A stretch of 64,000 nucleotides of DNA from a bacterium (GTDB lineage: Bacteria > UBA8248): the NCBI GenBank assembly GCA_963692865.2, contig OY843592.1, positions 1,952,001 to 2,016,000 of the forward strand, given 5' to 3'. A model generated the notes under the pieces. That model was given only the letters and a program-made list of their open reading frames with translations, was not told the DNA's origin and ran no database searches. A program made the translations under genes and the position numbers. Below, one piece after another: positions 61,187-64,000 of this stretch (positions within the stretch are counted from its first letter, which is position 1; the number at the start of each line of letters is the position of its first letter).

Positions 61187-62419
61187 TCACGCGTCGATGA
61201 CCCTGAAACTCCTGTCCTGGGGAATGAGCATCTCCCATCCGTTTTCCTTCACGACGACCGAGTATTCGATCTGGTAGCCCCCCAGGCCGAACGTGCCGAT
61301 GGGCGCCTCGATGTTGATCACCGAATCGACGGGCAGGGGGATCTCCGAAGTTTCCGGGTAGAATGGCTGGCTGTGTTTCGATTCGGGCCCCAGTATGAAG
61401 GGGAACTCCCGCGCTTCCAGCCCTATCGTGTGGCCTGCGAACGGGGCGTCGAACTCGGGGAAGCGCGACTGGATTCCCTTGACCAGCGCCTGGTATATCT
61501 GGTTGCCCGTGCAGCCCGCCTTTATGACCTCAAGACTTTCGTGGAATCCCTCCTCGACCCCCTTCCATTCGCGCTGCACGCGCGCGCTCGGCTCGCCGAT
61601 AGAGCCGCAGCTTCCCGTGTCGGCGTTGTAGTTCTTGTGAAAGAGACCCGCGTCGAACATGAAGCCGTCGCCCTTCTGGAGCTTTCTGTCGGTGGGCGGG
61701 AAGATGAAGACGCCCCTCGGGCCGGAGTTGAAGTGGAACCAGTGCCACATGCCGCCGGGCCGGGCCACCTCCTGCCGCCAGACCTCGGCCACCTCGCGCT
61801 CGCTCACGCCCTCGCGCAGAAACCCGAATACCTTCGTGATGGCGTCTTCGTTCACCCGGGCCGCCTCGCGGAGACGTTCGAGTTCATCCGCCGTCTTGAC
61901 GAGGCGCGTCATCAGGAACAGGCCCGATCCCGGAATGAATTCACAATTGGGGAGTTTCTCCTTCAAGGTGGCGAACAGGCTGTCCGGGCAGCCCTCCTCG
62001 TCCAGGGCGATTCTGCCGGAGGTGATGCCCCGGTCCCTGAGCGCGGCGAGGAGTCCGTCGAGCAGGGTCGCGTGTTTGGCCCCGCTCGCGTGGAGTTCGC
62101 GGTAGCGCCTCATTTCGTCGTCGTGCGGTTCGTAGCCCTCCGGCTCGATGTGGTTCGCCTGTCCGCCCCAGACGTAGACGTTCTCCGCGTGTCCGCCGTA
62201 GGCGGCGTAATAGGTGTTGTCCGCGCGGTTCATGACGAGGTCGGCGCCGGCGTCTGGATTGTTGGTGAGCACGCCGTAGCTTTTGCGCGCGCGGTAGACC
62301 CGCTGCGCCCAGCCGATATGGCCCGTCAGGTAGGTGACGTTCTCGAGCGTCGTGCCGATCATGGCCGCCACGTCGTGTTCCCGCATCAGTTCCAGCGCGC
62401 GTTCCCTGTTGTAGAGCAT
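61187..62419 (-). CDS. M24-family (Xaa-Pro peptidase/creatinase fold) protein
   Basis: ENVTYLTG, RLVKTADEL, FDAG...YNAD, GHTIGLEARE, IEAP, IEYSVVV. Confidence 0.9.
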   Translation of the reverse strand: MLYNRERALELMREHDVAAMIGTTLENVTYLTGHIGWAQRVYRARKSYGVLTNNPDAGADLVMNRADNTYYAAYGGHAENVYVWGGQANHIEPEGYEPHDDEMRRYRELHASGAKHATLLDGLLAALRDRGITSGRIALDEEGCPDSLFATLKEKLPNCEFIPGSGLFLMTRLVKTADELERLREAARVNEDAITKVFGFLREGVSEREVAEVWRQEVARPGGMWHWFHFNSGPRGVFIFPPTDRKLQKGDGFMFDAGLFHKNYNADTGSCGSIGEPSARVQREWKGVEEGFHESLEVIKAGCTGNQIYQALVKGIQSRFPEFDAPFAGHTIGLEAREFPFILGPESKHSQPFYPETSEIPLPVDSVINIEAPIGTFGLGGYQIEYSVVVKENGWEMLIPQDRSFRVIDA

Positions 62420-62624
62420 GTTTTTCTCCCTGAAAAAAATCCTTTTGCTGCACGGAATTTTGTTGGAAAATATCTCGGGTGGAATATGTATCACAACCAA
62501 AGCGCATCAAGCGAGGCTGCGCGCCTTGACAGATCCGGGCCGAAGCGCAAGGTTTAATGATGGCGACGGTGTTTGGTCGTCTCCATGATTGGCCAGATTC
62601 ATCATCGTGAAGGGGGAGTCGAGC

Positions 62625-63200
62625 GTGGAACTGGATCGCGCGAGCGCAGAGGCGCTCTTGTTCGAGTGGACGAAAAGCCCGGGCCTGAGAGCGCACGCCC
62701 GCGCCGTGGAGGCCGCCCTGCGCGCCTACGCGAGAAAATACGGAGAGGACGAGGCGCTTTGGGGGGCCACAGGCCTTTTGCACGACATGGATTACGAAAA
62801 GCATCCCTCCCCTGAGGAGCACCCCGAGACGGGCTGCGCCGTCCTGCGCGAGGCGGGCTATCCCGAGGAGATGATACAGGCCATTCTGGGCCACGCGCAG
62901 TATCTGAACGTCCCGCGGGAGACGCGGCTCGCCCAGGCGCTCTTCGCCGTGGATGAACTGGTGGGCCTCATCACCGCCGTCGCCCTGGTGAACCCGGCGA
63001 AGGACATCCGCCAGGTGAAGCCGCGAAGCATCCGGAAAAAATGGAAGGACAAGAATTTCGCCAAGGGCGTGAACCGCGCGGACGTGGAGCTGGGCGCCTC
63101 TGAACTGGGAGTGCCTTTGGAGGAGCACGTCGCCTTCACGCTGGAGGCCATGCAGGGCGCCGCCTCGGATTTGGGCCTCGACGGCTCCCGTGCGGGCTGA
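62625..63200 (+). CDS. HD-domain (HDIG-type) metal-dependent phosphohydrolase
   Basis: AHARAVE, GLLHDMDYE, HP..G, AILGH, AVDEL, KDKNFAKGVNR; GTG after GGGGAG. Confidence 0.9.
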   Translation: MELDRASAEALLFEWTKSPGLRAHARAVEAALRAYARKYGEDEALWGATGLLHDMDYEKHPSPEEHPETGCAVLREAGYPEEMIQAILGHAQYLNVPRETRLAQALFAVDELVGLITAVALVNPAKDIRQVKPRSIRKKWKDKNFAKGVNRADVELGASELGVPLEEHVAFTLEAMQGAASDLGLDGSRAG

Positions 63201-63237
63201 TGTATTTGATTTTTTTGTAAAAAAACCTTGATTTGCG

Positions 63238-63266
63238 TTGACGGCTATAATTGATTTCCGCATAAT
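63238..63266 (+). promoter_or_regulatory. Putative sigma70 promoter of the oxoacid oxidoreductase operon
   Basis: TTGACG-17-CATAAT in AT-rich DNA. Confidence 0.55.
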
Positions 63267-63419
63267 TCGCAGTCGGCTGCTTGGTCGATGAATCGCCACT
63301 CGGACTCAAAAAAGACATGCTTGAAAAAGACATGCGCGACATATGGTATCTCTCATTGAATAAAACCCTCCACGTATTTTCCGACACATCGTCAATACAA
63401 CTAAAGGACATTCAAACCA

Positions 63420-64000
63420 ATGGCTGAGTCTTCAGGTAAACACGGGGCCGAGAAGCAGCTTGTCGAACTCGAAACGGTGGCGATTCGCTTCGCCGGGGAT
63501 TCCGGCGACGGGATGCAGCTCACCGGAGACAGGTTCACGAACGCGGCGGCCATCGCCGGGAACGATCTGAGCACGTTCCCCGACTTTCCCGCCGAGATCC
63601 GCGCGCCCGTCGGAACCCTCGCCGGAGTGAGCGGATTCCAGATCAACTTCTCGAGCAGGGACATCCACACGCCCGGCGACGCTGTGGACGTTCTCGTGGC
63701 GATGAACCCCGCCGCGCTCAAGACGAGCATCGGCGATTTGAAGAGCGGGGGAATCGTCATCGCCAACGTCGACAACTTCGGCCAGAAGAACCTGGTCAAG
63801 GCCGGCTATGAGTCCAACCCCCTCGAGGACGAGGAGTTCAAGAGCAACTACCAGGTCCACGAGGTGAAGATCACCTCCATGACGCGCCAGGCCCTCGAAG
63901 ACATGGAGCTTCAGTCCAACCTGGCGGACCGGTGCAAGAACTTCTTCGCGCTGGGGCTCATGTACTGGATGTACTCTCGTCCGCTGGAGCCGACCAAGGA
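63420..64000 (+). CDS. korA: 2-oxoacid:ferredoxin oxidoreductase alpha subunit (partial, runs off the window)
   Basis: ATG 63420; IRFAGDSGDGMQLTG, PDFPAEIRAP.GT..GVSGFQ, VAMNPAAL, KNFFALG. Confidence 0.93.
   Translation, partial: MAESSGKHGAEKQLVELETVAIRFAGDSGDGMQLTGDRFTNAAAIAGNDLSTFPDFPAEIRAPVGTLAGVSGFQINFSSRDIHTPGDAVDVLVAMNPAALKTSIGDLKSGGIVIANVDNFGQKNLVKAGYESNPLEDEEFKSNYQVHEVKITSMTRQALEDMELQSNLADRCKNFFALGLMYWMYSRPLEPTK

Overview
GC-rich bacterial chromosome segment. The gene set (TolC, OmpA-type protein, RomR-like gene beside valS, kinase-less PASTA protein) suggests a diderm of deltaproteobacterial/Nitrospinota-like grade; this is weak inference. Most of it is housekeeping: def-fmt-rsmB-PASTA-rpe, ffh-rpsP-rimM-trmD-rplS, rnhB-yraN, valS-birA-coaX, ribF, tRNA-Leu(CAG), clpB and dnaK-J-hspR-htpX-grpE-dnaJ, queA/trmJ, and the start of korA. 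Accessory genes are MarR-LLM-cyclase, a TAT-less molybdoenzyme operon and a TAT aldo-keto reductase cluster. Three things stand out. (1) A complete IS110-family (IS1111-type) element at about 5421-6893 sits inside a host palindromic repeat, and an empty copy of that repeat is present at about 19600. Its 3' non-coding region folds by eye into a bridge/seekRNA-like structure, with guide segments matching both the target and the predicted circle junction. (2) Two convergent genes missed or truncated by the ORF track read through in-frame TGA codons followed by SECIS-like hairpins: an ArsC-like UxxC protein and a CUAEP-tail radical SAM protein. (3) About 5 kb of intergenic DNA is a nested mosaic of at least five palindromic or terminal-repeat families, in which a MITE-like end repeatedly lands in one palindrome family or next to stop codons. 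All calls come from motif recognition by eye; no searches were run.
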